From a virus: a DNA stretch of 64,000 bases. Positions 18,700 through 29,600 of the stretch are shown here, piece by piece (the first letter of the stretch is position 1; each line of letters opens with the position of its first letter). A program made the translations under genes and the position numbers. The notes under the pieces were generated by a model that searched no databases, had not been told where the DNA came from, and saw only the letters and a program-made list of their open reading frames with translations. The stretch is taken from IMG/VR virus record IMGVR_UViG_3300033148_004740, positions 32,001 to 96,000 of that record. One strand, written 5' to 3'.

Positions 18700-19958
18700 T
18701 ACTGTCCTCCCCTTAGCTGCATTGAAGGTAACCTAGGAGTCTCTCTCTTCATTGTGACTCGAGCAAAGAGATCGACCCATGCCTTTGTGACAGCTCTCCA
18801 GTCGTGCTGGATAGCCCAGCTACGTGCTAGGCGGGCTTTTTCGTTACCGTACTTGGGTCCAGCCATAAAAGCTTTCGTCATCTGCTCAACGATCTCTGGA
18901 AGTAGTCCCTTTGGTCTGTACCCAGAGTTGTCTATCCAAATCTGATCTTTGCACTCATACATGTACCCTCTCTCACTGTCTTCCCCAAGCTGCTGAGGCA
19001 TAGAGGTGTTTCTGGGAGCTACTACTGGGACACCTGCGGCCATAGCCTCTGTTACGGTTAGCCCCCACCCTTCTCCTAGGTGAGTGGTGAGGAAAACATC
19101 TGCCATGTTATACAGCATGTTCAGCTTCTTAGAAGAGATAGGTTGCGCGGGGTTATACCCTACTGGGTAGATGATGTCTTCGCTCTTAGAGAGGCCAAGG
19201 GACCCTATTGCCTTCAGCATATCTCCACCCTGGTCTGTGACTGCAGAGTGGAGATACATCTTGGCAGTTGGAAAGCGTTCTTTGAACTTCTTGAAAGCTA
19301 GGAAAGAGTAGGGAAGCTGCTTCCTAGTAGAGTTACGATTCACATTAATGATGACCGGAGTCCCCTCTTCAACTCCAAGAAAAGTCTTTCTAACTTCATC
19401 GTTCTTCTCTTTAGATCTGGGAGTATAGATCGCACTATCTACCCCATGAGGAATCTCTAGGAGAACCTTCTCGAGATCTGGGAAGGTATGGAGCGTTCGC
19501 TCCTTCCCATGCTTGGTATAGCAGACCGGGATATCAACGGCTCTCAAAAAGCGGGAAGCCTCGGTGGGAACATTACAGTCGACCGGGTAGTAGTAGATAA
19601 AGGTTGGGGGCTTGTGCCCCTTCTTCTTACACTCGTTCTTGAACTTCACCAACTCGTCTGCGACAGCGTCAGTCACATAGAGATCATTACAGACCCAGAC
19701 AATATCATATGGCTGTTCGTACAGAGTCTTGATGAACATCTTCATCCCGTGTGGATCACGGGGGTCCATTAGTTTAGCTGGCTGCATGAGCCAGGGAACT
19801 ACATTACGGTCGATGAAGCTTCCGTGAAAGTTAATGGCAAGATGATGGATGTCGTAGAGTCCCGTTGCGTGCAGAGCCCCTACAACATGCTTGCTCACGA
19901 TACCAAAGCCTGTTCCAGCAATCGCAGAATCAGACCAGCATAATACTTTACGTTTCAT
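18699..19958 (-). CDS. Glycosyltransferase, GT4
   Basis: TGFGIVS, IPHGVD, NRNSTRK and EGWGLTVTEAMAAGVPVV motifs. Confidence 0.9.
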   Translation of the reverse strand: MKRKVLCWSDSAIAGTGFGIVSKHVVGALHATGLYDIHHLAINFHGSFIDRNVVPWLMQPAKLMDPRDPHGMKMFIKTLYEQPYDIVWVCNDLYVTDAVADELVKFKNECKKKGHKPPTFIYYYPVDCNVPTEASRFLRAVDIPVCYTKHGKERTLHTFPDLEKVLLEIPHGVDSAIYTPRSKEKNDEVRKTFLGVEEGTPVIINVNRNSTRKQLPYSFLAFKKFKERFPTAKMYLHSAVTDQGGDMLKAIGSLGLSKSEDIIYPVGYNPAQPISSKKLNMLYNMADVFLTTHLGEGWGLTVTEAMAAGVPVVAPRNTSMPQQLGEDSERGYMYECKDQIWIDNSGYRPKGLLPEIVEQMTKAFMAGPKYGNEKARLARSWAIQHDWRAVTKAWVDLFARVTMKRETPRLPSMQLRGGQ

Positions 19959-21920
19959 TTAGACCTCTTCTATCCTTAGTCTTTGATTGCCTGTTCTTTC
20001 CAGGTGATCGATACATGAGTTAACAACCTCTGACGGCTGAATGATCTTCCAGCAGAGCTCACCAATGCTACAGCCCTTGTACCAGCAATCCCAGGTTCCC
20101 ATATTTTGTATACAGAATGTAGTACTATTTTCGACCGTAATATCATATACATACTCATCCCGACGATCGGAAAGCTCAATCTTTTTGATTGGAACATATA
20201 GATAATCTTCATCAACTATGTGTCTACTCCACGTCGCCTGTTGATTAGGAATATATACTCTGTAGATGATTGCATCCTGCTTGTAATTAGTATGATGTTT
20301 TCTCTTGTATATCCGAGACCAGATACCAAACCTAGTCAGTAGCTCTTGAGTTCCATAAGCCATCAGACGAGAAGCTGTACTCAGAACTTTATTATCCTTA
20401 TCTTGATAACCGTCTCCTTGTAGATAGCCAGTAATAAAACTTTCAATCGCAATATCACTAGCATTCCATAGAAGAAAAGGAATCTCCTTTTGGACCGCTC
20501 TTCTTTTTCCAAAGAAAGTATCTATATACTCAACAAGAGGCTGCGAATAAATTTCCACCCTAGTAGAATTGTCCTTAGTAGACGGATAGACTCCAACTGT
20601 TGCCGAATATTTGGAGCGACCAAAGCCTCTTAGGGTCTCAATAATCTGTTCTTCATGTGAGCCTACAGTAAAGACAACGGACTTACGATCTGGCCGTAGA
20701 TGACCCTCCGCTGCATAAAGTCCCAACACTTGATATGTAAGCAGATCAACCTCTGGAAGAATAGGATCTGCCTTGTTCCGAGGAACACACAAGAAATCAT
20801 TATCGGTTAACTCTTCTGCTGGAATCCATTCTCTGTTCGCAGTAAAGTTTTTTCTACGAAAGGCCGATGATGAGCCCTTAACGGCAAGCATTTTATGGTC
20901 CTGTGTCACAGTAATTGGCTCGTTTGAGCCAAAATATTCTATGTCATAGAGCTTTCTACCTTTGCGTAAATTCTTATGAACCTTAGTAATTTTGTTCCAA
21001 TTGGAGTCGGTTGTTTTAACAGTTTGCCCGACTTCTAGATCCTGGATTTCTCGGTATCCACTTGCTGTTAAAACTAAGCTCTCCTTAACTACACAAGGAC
21101 ACGGGTTGTACTGGTCACCTTTCCAAACAGCTACAGCCTTGTTGTAGTGGTTGATACGGGCAGCAGGATGTGTAGGACCAAAGTAAGATACTGTGGGGAT
21201 ACCAAGAGCCCCTGCAATATGGAGAAGGGACGAGTCAGGGCAGAGGACCAGATCACATGCAGCAGTGATAGCAGCTATCTCCCGAACCTTCTTGTCCTTT
21301 AAGAGAAGACCTCCAGGAAGGTTATCCCACATGACATTGCTTTGCCAGTCACTCTGGTGGGTAAAGATAATTGGTTTTGCTTTGATTCGCTGACCTAACA
21401 TGACCAAGATCTCTTTGAGCTTTCTATGGTCAAATGATCTGATCTTATTACTGGCAAATGGCTGTACTGCGATCTTGGGATAGAAATGATATTGTCTGAC
21501 TACATCCCGTCCTTCTTCTAGCTCCCCTTTCGTCAGATAGATGTGAGGAACAGAGTCTTCTAGTTTGACACCAGCTGCATTAGCAAACAGATCAATACGA
21601 TTGATTGGAGGGTTCCCGTGAACCTCATACTCTGTGCACGGACAATGCAGGTCTAAGACTGCATCAAACTGATCTCTGACTAAATGGTTCTTGTCTACGA
21701 ACCCGTTGATGTCTGGGTTAAACATAAGAATATCAACTAGAGCTCCGCCAAGATAGCGTGTATCTGTGGCTACTATGATCTGACCATCAGGGAACTCTTT
21801 CTTGAGGGCTCTGATAGTAGGGGTCAGCATAATCACATCACCGATACCCTGACCACGGATCACACAGATCTTAGGGGCACCGGTAGAGATCAGTCTGCGA
21901 AGACGGTCTAAAATTTTCAA
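19959..21920 (-). CDS. GT9 (heptosyltransferase-like) glycosyltransferase interrupted by an intein
   Basis: GIGDVIMLTPTIRALK, DSSLLHIAGALGIPTVSYFGPT; removing residues 276-611 restores the C-terminal PCP-CWYKGC...CWKII Cys motif; TTG start. Confidence 0.88.
   Translation of the reverse strand: MKILDRLRRLISTGAPKICVIRGQGIGDVIMLTPTIRALKKEFPDGQIIVATDTRYLGGALVDILMFNPDINGFVDKNHLVRDQFDAVLDLHCPCTEYEVHGNPPINRIDLFANAAGVKLEDSVPHIYLTKGELEEGRDVVRQYHFYPKIAVQPFASNKIRSFDHRKLKEILVMLGQRIKAKPIIFTHQSDWQSNVMWDNLPGGLLLKDKKVREIAAITAACDLVLCPDSSLLHIAGALGIPTVSYFGPTHPAARINHYNKAVAVWKGDQYNPCPCVVKESLVLTASGYREIQDLEVGQTVKTTDSNWNKITKVHKNLRKGRKLYDIEYFGSNEPITVTQDHKMLAVKGSSSAFRRKNFTANREWIPAEELTDNDFLCVPRNKADPILPEVDLLTYQVLGLYAAEGHLRPDRKSVVFTVGSHEEQIIETLRGFGRSKYSATVGVYPSTKDNSTRVEIYSQPLVEYIDTFFGKRRAVQKEIPFLLWNASDIAIESFITGYLQGDGYQDKDNKVLSTASRLMAYGTQELLTRFGIWSRIYKRKHHTNYKQDAIIYRVYIPNQQATWSRHIVDEDYLYVPIKKIELSDRRDEYVYDITVENSTTFCIQNMGTWDCWYKGCSIGELCWKIIQPSEVVNSCIDHLERTGNQRLRIEEV
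20088..21095 (-). mobile_element. Intein (336 aa) with LAGLIDADG homing endonuclease
   Basis: Block A CVVKESLVLT, block B TVTQDH, HEN motifs LGLYAAEG and ITGYLQGDG, block F VYDITVE, ends GTWD before Cys+1; looks more AT-rich than the flanks. Confidence 0.88.
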
Positions 21921-21933
21921 GGTGGGTCCTTTC

Positions 21934-22932
21934 TTACATATTCGAGGCTAGTAAACAGCCACGGGCTACAGCGCGCAATGGATCGCTAGCATAGCGAACC
22001 TCAGATACTGCCAGAGGAAAATCTCCTCTAGCTAGCCGAGCTCTGAAGGCATCCAAGAATCCCTTTGCTCTTGAAGATCCTCCACTAACTACTACAGGAA
22101 TAGCTTTTGAGAACTTAGGAAGATCCTTACTATCCTGTAGCCTCACGGCCAACCAGCTAACAGTATAGTCAATGAGACGAAGGTAGTATGCAGACACAGC
22201 AGATAGGATCGGATTCTCATTGTCCTCCCCTACTACAAAGTCTCCATTCTCCTTCTCTACCTGAACAATACTGTCCTCTTGGGCAGTAGACACTGCAGCC
22301 ATGCGATCGATCCAGTCCCCACTACGTGTAGTAGAGAACTTAATGACCGCCTCACCAGAAGACATGACGCACACGTTGACCATGCCAGCACCAAACGACA
22401 GAGTGATACCTGTGTAATCACTATCCTCGAGCTCTGAATAGCAGATAGCTTCTGCTTCATTCAAGGGCCGAGGCTGCCACCCAAACTCTTCCAAGTCTTT
22501 CTTGAGAGCGTCCTCATGGAATCCAGTATCGAAGTGTTCTCCGTCTTGGTCCACAGGAGGTGCTGGGATAGAGTAGACGAGTATGTCTCCCTTCTTCTTA
22601 GGCTTGCCTACCAATTTCTGTAAGATGAACTTGAGCACACGGCGCGCGTCTGGTTCACGGGGAGAAAGAACTCCACGGAACAGGGGCCTGCGTGCTGACT
22701 GATGGCGCTCAATTGCTTTCTCGATGGCGTCAGCGCCTACTACTACAAAACTACCATCGGTGTCTTTGAAATACGAACGATTAGCTAGGCCCTTCTCCAT
22801 CATCTTAGCAGCGATGGGAGAAGCAGGGGTCATACGATAGAACGCATCCCTGAACTCAGTATACCTAACCTTGTCAGATGACTCGGTTGCTTTGATAAGA
22901 AATGAGGTTCCTACATCGAGTCCTATTGGCAT
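21934..22932 (-). CDS. Actin-like ATPase (MreB/MamK/ParM superfamily)
   Basis: Phosphate-1 IGLDVGTS, connect-1 NEAEA, phosphate-2 SFGAG, adenosine VSGGSS, connect-2 DPLRAVARG. Confidence 0.85.
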   Translation of the reverse strand: MPIGLDVGTSFLIKATESSDKVRYTEFRDAFYRMTPASPIAAKMMEKGLANRSYFKDTDGSFVVVGADAIEKAIERHQSARRPLFRGVLSPREPDARRVLKFILQKLVGKPKKKGDILVYSIPAPPVDQDGEHFDTGFHEDALKKDLEEFGWQPRPLNEAEAICYSELEDSDYTGITLSFGAGMVNVCVMSSGEAVIKFSTTRSGDWIDRMAAVSTAQEDSIVQVEKENGDFVVGEDNENPILSAVSAYYLRLIDYTVSWLAVRLQDSKDLPKFSKAIPVVVSGGSSRAKGFLDAFRARLARGDFPLAVSEVRYASDPLRAVARGCLLASNM

Positions 22933-23348
22933 TACTTACCCTTTCTTCTCCACAGGCTTGCCAACTTATCCTTCGACTTCTCGAGCTGCGCATCATCTGC
23001 TACTTTCTCTGTAACACTGTTTTCAATGTTGACAGATTCTGCAGTAGCATTGATCTGCATAGGGATGATCCTTTCGTCGATCTCTACAGCTGGACGTTGT
23101 TCCTCTGGAGGCGTTTGATTTGAGCTATGATATCGAAGGTGACCAAGTTTGTCTAGGACTTCCTGTGACACTCTGGGCGCTAGTATCTTGGCGATGGCGT
23201 TTGCCAATTCCTCAATATTGATTGGACGCTGTGCAGCCTTCGTCTTTTTAGGCATAGCAAATGGCGCCTCCCCATGTTTCCAAAGTACCACTAGAGCTAC
23301 TCCATAGCCCAAGGCTACTAGAATCGCTACAAGAACAACGATCCACAC
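22932..23348 (-). CDS. N-terminally membrane-anchored hypothetical protein
   Basis: Hydrophobic N-terminus (WIVVLVAILVALGYGVALVVLW); its stop overlaps the actin start. Confidence 0.6.
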   Translation of the reverse strand: MWIVVLVAILVALGYGVALVVLWKHGEAPFAMPKKTKAAQRPINIEELANAIAKILAPRVSQEVLDKLGHLRYHSSNQTPPEEQRPAVEIDERIIPMQINATAESVNIENSVTEKVADDAQLEKSKDKLASLWRRKGK

Positions 23349-23357
23349 TGGATACCC

Positions 23358-23771
23358 TTAGGTCAACAGAACCGTGAAGTTCCCGCTTACCGCATTGAAT
23401 TTGATGTCTCTGGTAGCAAAGCTACCGTCCATCTCAAAGCTCTCTCCTGCTTCAATCCAGATACCGGCAACTGTCACCGACCTGTCCATCCTGATGCCCT
23501 GGGCCAGATTAGGAAGATGATCAGTGTGCATGAGCGGATCCGCCATGTTTATACCAGAAGCCGGTCCCTGTCTGTTTGGGAAGACCGTATGATAAACGTT
23601 GAATGATACATTGAGCTCAGCTACTGCGTCGATTACTACAGAGCGAGCTGGACGGCCCATCGACTCCCTTACCATAAGGATGTCGCCTTCACTAATCTCA
23701 GTCTGATCAAACAACATCGTCCGCTCAGTTGGGGGAATTAGTCTGTCAATTTTCTTAACAATATCAGCCAC
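23358..23771 (-). CDS. Hypothetical protein (beta-rich, possibly virion)
   Basis: ORF with GGAG RBS in the operon; no motif recognised. Confidence 0.5.
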   Translation of the reverse strand: MADIVKKIDRLIPPTERTMLFDQTEISEGDILMVRESMGRPARSVVIDAVAELNVSFNVYHTVFPNRQGPASGINMADPLMHTDHLPNLAQGIRMDRSVTVAGIWIEAGESFEMDGSFATRDIKFNAVSGNFTVLLT

Positions 23772-23781
23772 TGCTCACTCC

Positions 23782-24417
23782 TTAGATCAAATTGGTCCAA
23801 GAGCCATTCTCTCGGCCTTGGAACTTATCATCTGTTGTGTTGTATATTACCATACCATTGACTGGTGTTAAGAGATTCCTCTCGGCTGTAGTCAGCCTTC
23901 TGATAGAGCCAGCACCTTCGGCTAGGTCCAAAGAATTGACTGCGTTCATAACCTCAGTAAGTGCGGCCTCAACATCAGAAGCAGTGTAGAGATTGTATTG
24001 ATCAGCCACTGCTACACTCGAAGCGGACGCCGTGATATTGTTCACCGAAAATCCTACTGATTCTTCTAGGGTACGAAGAGACGAGTATAGATCTTCCAAC
24101 TGCTCAAAGACAGTATTCGGCCTACTGCTTGTAGAGTTGAAGTAAGAGGAGTTAACGCTAGTCGTTGCATTCTGGTCTACGTACACATTCTTACCATCTA
24201 GGCCATTCAAGAAAGCATCTACATCTGCGCTCCCTTCACCATAGGGGAGAGCTAGGACCAGAGGAACTAGCCGGCTATTCCACTGCGCACTAAAAGAGAC
24301 AAAGTCATTTCCAATCTCGTCAATCAAATCATTCATCTTCTCTGACGAGGTAGGACCGCTAGCTGGCATGTTTCGAACCATAAAGCTAATGGTGATTTCT
24401 TCAATTCTGTCAGTCAC
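23782..24417 (-). CDS. Putative virion/tail structural protein
   Basis: N-terminal GPTSSEKMN helix motif; C-terminal LTTAERNLLTPVNGMVIYNTTDDKFQG resembles fibre-tip repeats. Confidence 0.5.
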   Translation of the reverse strand: MTDRIEEITISFMVRNMPASGPTSSEKMNDLIDEIGNDFVSFSAQWNSRLVPLVLALPYGEGSADVDAFLNGLDGKNVYVDQNATTSVNSSYFNSTSSRPNTVFEQLEDLYSSLRTLEESVGFSVNNITASASSVAVADQYNLYTASDVEAALTEVMNAVNSLDLAEGAGSIRRLTTAERNLLTPVNGMVIYNTTDDKFQGRENGSWTNLI

Positions 24418-24427
24418 TTAGCTTCTC

Positions 24428-26638
24428 CTATGCCAGCTTTACTTTGTACGAGTGTATGACCGGAGCAACAGAATCATCGGACGTAGCAAGGTCGGCGCGT
24501 ACTCGTAGGTATGTACGGAGCTGGTTGATTAGTTTGAATTTTATCATGAACCTTTCATTTTGAAAGTCGGAGTTCTCTTCGTCTACCTTTATGAGAAACA
24601 CTCGAGACGGAGAGCTCCCAGTAGAGGAGGTGTGTGGAGCATCTATGTCTAGGGCAAAGAAATTGTAATCAGCAGTCTTCAGATTATTGTTGAAGTCAAA
24701 CACACTGACCTTTCTTGTCAAAGCCTGTGCGAACAGATCGGCGCCTTGATAGACTTTCTCAGAAGTAGTCGGATACTGAGTCTCGTAAGCATAGCCCTCT
24801 ATCAACAGCTTGTGGTTATAAGGATAGAGAGAGTCAACAGCTCTCAGGGCTGACAGGGTATCAAGAAGAGGCGTGATATGCTTCCAACGACTCTTGTGTA
24901 CTCTCACGCGATGAATCCCTGTTGTAGAGATCGTCTCTCCTGTCAAGACAGTCGGTGCCACCAGACCGGTATAGCGGACATCGTCAATGATCATCGGGGT
25001 GTCCCCAATATCAATAGACATGCCTGCGGGACTGTCAATTTTGATCACACAGAAGTACCATGGATCCTCAAAGCCCCAACCTCGCTGTACTCCTCTCACT
25101 TGATCTCCAGCTATATCTTTCAGGCCTTGTTCTCCAACGTTTCTAAACACTTGCAGAGATAGCGGGTCATACTGTAGATCGCTATCAATCTGATAATTCA
25201 GAAGGCGGTCGTTTGAATTTGCAAAAGTAAAACGCACGCCAGAGACAGTGAGCTCGGTATCTGACACACTGCTCCCTGTATCTTCGATTAGATGGAATGT
25301 GCTACCAGGAGAAATGTAATCAGAATCAGTAGAGTCGCCCTCATAGGAAATAGAGACGGTCTCTGTGTCTCCCAGAACTATCTCTGTAATATCGCCAACT
25401 TCTACAACAGTAGGATGAACAGGCGTCGGCCTGTTGTTTGGCGAGAGTGGGGTCCAGATCGTGTTCGAGTTAATAGTGAAGGGAGAATCATTGCTTACAG
25501 CAACTGACCAATCAATCGTGGTTCCTTCTTCTTCCTGCTCACACGCTTCCAATGTAAGCTTCTCAAACTCCACTGGATTCCCATCTGGATCTGCTACCCA
25601 GAGTGGACGAGAGATAACTGTCTGTTCTGTAGTCGAGAAAGACTCAGAGTAGAAGGCAATGCTCTTGAATCCGAACTGGTAACTGAATGTAGTGGGACTC
25701 GAGACTTCAGGGTCTGGGCCTTTCTTGGTGAGAAGGAATTTGACCCATTGCATCTGTGTCTCTGGGAACTGGAACACTGCCTGACTCTTTGCCTCTTGGG
25801 TGAACGTAATAGAGGGGAGCTGAGCGAAGTTGACGTTATCAGTCGAGTAGAGAGGGGTAATGCTCATGGTACTGGACTGTGATGAGTCCAGGAGCTCGAG
25901 GGTGATCTTGGAGATAGGGACTGCCGCGCCCGATAGCTTAACTGTCAGCTCACATGTTACTGGCTTGACCTTATTCATCTCTACTGAGGTCCACCAGCCC
26001 TTGTACTGCTGTTTGAAAATATCAGCTAAGACAGCGCCCTGTTGGTCAGTACGACTAGAGAAATCTGAAGTAGTCTGGATTCTGAAGATGACATCAGTCT
26101 TTGTATCCAAGTCTTCCAAGAAGAGACGATCATTAGAGTCAGCAGCTGCGGCTAAAGAAACAACCCCTTCGCGGATGTTCACTGCTGCAGTAGTATTGGA
26201 GAAATCTACCTGACTCATGTCTCCGAAGTTATCGGCTAGATAAGAGTGATACCCCTCTGTATCCTGAGTGAGGAGAAGAAGATTCTCTACTCTATCCTCT
26301 AGGTTGATGAGTCTCTGCTCGAGAGCCTCTGCCTCTATCTTCCATCTTGGGGCTGTATCAATAGCCTGTCCAGATAGCACGATCATGTTCTTATAGAGAG
26401 CACGCAGGTCCTGCCTAATAGCGTTCATCGTGCTGTTGAACCCAGCAGAAGAAGAAGCTACGAGCCTATCCACTGTATGATCAGTAGCTAGAAACTGGGG
26501 AACAGATAGATCCATTGTGGCTATCAGGTTATTGACCTCTGTTTCGAGCTCCTCTGCAGATACAAGGACTCCACTGGAATAGGTCTCCTTCAGAAACTCC
26601 TCCAACAACATTTCTCGATATGTGTCAGAGATAGTCAT
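24428..26638 (-). CDS. Large putative baseplate/tail structural protein (paralog 3 of triad)
   Basis: N-terminal helical/coiled-coil region, beta-sandwich middle, C-terminal PVIHSYKVK. Confidence 0.5.
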   Translation of the reverse strand: MTISDTYREMLLEEFLKETYSSGVLVSAEELETEVNNLIATMDLSVPQFLATDHTVDRLVASSSAGFNSTMNAIRQDLRALYKNMIVLSGQAIDTAPRWKIEAEALEQRLINLEDRVENLLLLTQDTEGYHSYLADNFGDMSQVDFSNTTAAVNIREGVVSLAAAADSNDRLFLEDLDTKTDVIFRIQTTSDFSSRTDQQGAVLADIFKQQYKGWWTSVEMNKVKPVTCELTVKLSGAAVPISKITLELLDSSQSSTMSITPLYSTDNVNFAQLPSITFTQEAKSQAVFQFPETQMQWVKFLLTKKGPDPEVSSPTTFSYQFGFKSIAFYSESFSTTEQTVISRPLWVADPDGNPVEFEKLTLEACEQEEEGTTIDWSVAVSNDSPFTINSNTIWTPLSPNNRPTPVHPTVVEVGDITEIVLGDTETVSISYEGDSTDSDYISPGSTFHLIEDTGSSVSDTELTVSGVRFTFANSNDRLLNYQIDSDLQYDPLSLQVFRNVGEQGLKDIAGDQVRGVQRGWGFEDPWYFCVIKIDSPAGMSIDIGDTPMIIDDVRYTGLVAPTVLTGETISTTGIHRVRVHKSRWKHITPLLDTLSALRAVDSLYPYNHKLLIEGYAYETQYPTTSEKVYQGADLFAQALTRKVSVFDFNNNLKTADYNFFALDIDAPHTSSTGSSPSRVFLIKVDEENSDFQNERFMIKFKLINQLRTYLRVRADLATSDDSVAPVIHSYKVKLA

Positions 26639-29600
26639 TAGAAGATCCTTCCTTTTGTGAGCACCTTGAGAGCGTAGTCCTTTAGAACTGGGGAGAAGAA
26701 CTCCTTGAGGTCCGTAATGTTTTCTCGGGTTGAGCTCACATAGTCATAGTTCACTAGATAGTAACCGTTGCGACCCTTGAGGCTAGACTTGGGTAGAGAC
26801 AGATGCCTAAAGACCTCTGAGTCCTTAACAACTACTGTCCGATTGGTAATATCCACATCATAGTCCAATGGGTCTAATAGTCTAGCGATCTGGTACTCAG
26901 CACGAAAATCTACGTAATGATATGAAGCAAGTATAGTGAAGGTTGAAAGCAATGGACGGTCAGTGAAGATACGGCCATTCTCGTAGTCAACAGAGTACTT
27001 TCCTTCATCTCCAAGTATCAGCTGCTCGTAAAAATATGTGATCGTCCCGGTTCGAACGATAGTCGTCCCGTCTAAAGTCCAGCTCCCACCACCACCATAG
27101 AGAGATGTGTTAGGAACATAGACAGCCTCCCACAAGCTACCAGGTGCATCTACGTATACCTGGCACTGGCCATATGAGGAATGATTGCTGTCTCTTTGTA
27201 TTGCATACTCTCCCCCAACCGAAGGGGTCCCCCATGCAACTTCTGTTGCGAATAAGATTTTGTTACTGAAGACTATCTTGTGAGCTGACGTATCTGTAGA
27301 GATCAACTGCTCTATCAAAGAGATAACATTGAGAGAGGAGTTGGTCAGAGAGGGAACTTGTTGTAGGGTTTGCTTTAGTCCAAGCGCCCCTAATTCAGTG
27401 GAGCCATCTTCATATAGGACTTCTGTAATAAATGGATTGGCAGACTGAGCTTCATCCTCTTCGGTCGACTCATCATCGACAGGTGGATTAGAATCTATAA
27501 CCAAAAGGTTGAGTGTCCCCTTCACTATGCTTAGGTGTTCTAGGTCAAGAACAGTGGAACTAGTTAGGAACGGAATTGTCGTCTCGTCTACAGTAATAGC
27601 TTTCCAAGCGGACTCTTTAATCGAGACACTATCACGGAGTACCTTATCTGTAGCCCAGTCCCATTCGTCAGTAGAAAGAGCATAAATGTTTTGCCAAGTA
27701 TATGAAACAGAAGTATCTACGATAGTAGAAGTTGGAGTATACATATAGACAACGCCATTGAGCTCGTCAACTGACCATTCGTCAGTAGCTGTCAATTCTT
27801 CCCAACCATTGACAAAGGTTTGTTGCTCATCGTAGCCTAGGGTTTCTGCAATGCCACTAGCAGAGGTCACACCCTGGTGCCGTAGTCGAGCAATGGTCTT
27901 CCCTCTTCCTAGGAGTTCAAGAGACTCTTCCTCTTTATCATACCTCTTGATGGTCATATCAGTCTTGTTAGAGGCAGTAGCAAATGTTAGTGAAGCTATA
28001 TGGTTATCCTCGACCTCTCCAGGAGTAATTCTGTCCGCCTCGAGCCACAAAGAGATAGGAGTATTATCAGCTGGAGCAAAAGTAGTCTGGTTATTACCAA
28101 AGGCCAGCGTTTGGTTCACAGGGTCAATAACAAAGAGTTTGGCTGGCGTTGAGGTAGCCCAGTCTGCTTGGAAAAGGTTAAGAGGACGATCAGAATGAGT
28201 CCACTCTTCTCCACCGACTAAAACATGGATCCAGTCTGCAATATCAACTGGCTTTAGTTCAAAGTACTCGCCGTTATCTTCTTTCTGCCAAGGCCTGTTC
28301 CCTAGAGGGAAGGGAAGCTTATATGAATAGAAGAAACCATCGGCAGAAGTGTTCCCTAAAACATATGGGAACCCTGGAAGACCACAAGACCCAAACAAGG
28401 GCTCTACAACCGCAACGGTCCCATTGACTGGAGGCTTCTCGAGAGAGAAACTGAACGGAGAGCTAGAGGGTATCTCATGGAGCTCAGAGCGTGTATCAAT
28501 AGTCTTACTAAACGATGACGAGCCTTCTTCAAAAGCATCATCATTTCTTTCAAAGGCTACCTTAAGACGAAGAGACTTTACCGGGACAGCAGTAGTGATA
28601 CTAGCTGTATCTGCACTGTTAAAATCTAAGATCTCAGGAACACCAACGATACCGGCAACACCAGTAAATTCTTTGGGCTGGATTCTATGCCAGGTCCCTC
28701 CATCATCAGGAGAAAGCATGAAAGTAATAGAGGCTAGCTCAGAATATTCAGATGGGTTCTGATTGCTTTGAAGGATAACCTTACGAATCTCATCAAGCGA
28801 CTGGTAACGAGTAGAGACAATCTCTCCCTTAGGTTTGTAAGAAAAAGCTCGTATATCTACGTCACGGATCCCAATCGCGTATCGACTACGCTCCTCAGTG
28901 GTTGTCTGAATAACATAGGGCTCTGGTTGTTTCAGGATAAAGCGAACATACTTCACCTTGCGAGGTGTAAAAGTATAGAGGCCTTGACCAGCAAACTTTG
29001 AGGAAGAGGGAGCAAGCACGAATACATTTTCTTCGTCCTCGGTTGTAAAACCTGCAATTGGAACATCGTCTTTGATAGAAGTATAGGCTTCACCATCAAG
29101 AGAGGTTGAAATGTCTTCAACCTGAATAGCTGTCTTGGTCCCAAAATTATTGGGGTTGACTCGGATATGGTTGATGACTGTCTTCTCACCAAGGTTGACA
29201 GTAAAGTCGAGAACCAGGGGCTCTCTCTGATCAGAGGCCCCAGTAACTACTCTCTCATATTCAAACCAAGTGTCTGGATTATTGTCAAGCAGTACTCGGA
29301 TGTCTCCATTAAATACTGCTCCAGTCTGTTGGTTATTACCTACAACCCCATTAGAGTCAGGGTTGATAATTGGTGTTTCAGTAATGCTTAGTATCGAGTC
29401 CTTGCTTTTGTCAATGGGAAGAGTTGTCACTCCTTCCTCTTGGCTTATGTCACACTCTTCCTCGTTAAGGAGAGCACTATTCAGCTCCAGCTTAGTAAGA
29501 TCGTTAAAGCTATCAATGAAGTAGATAGCATCCTTGGTTGGATTGAGCGAGTAAAGGATATAGTCTCCTAGCTTAGAAGAGACACTTTTCAGACGAGAGG

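Noticed and set aside
5201-21920. Host O-antigen/capsule locus or serotype-conversion cassette
   Set aside because: No Wzx/Wzy/Wzz, ABC exporter, GtrAB or membrane-bound GT was seen, and the cluster is translationally coupled within phage structural genes. Not fully excluded.
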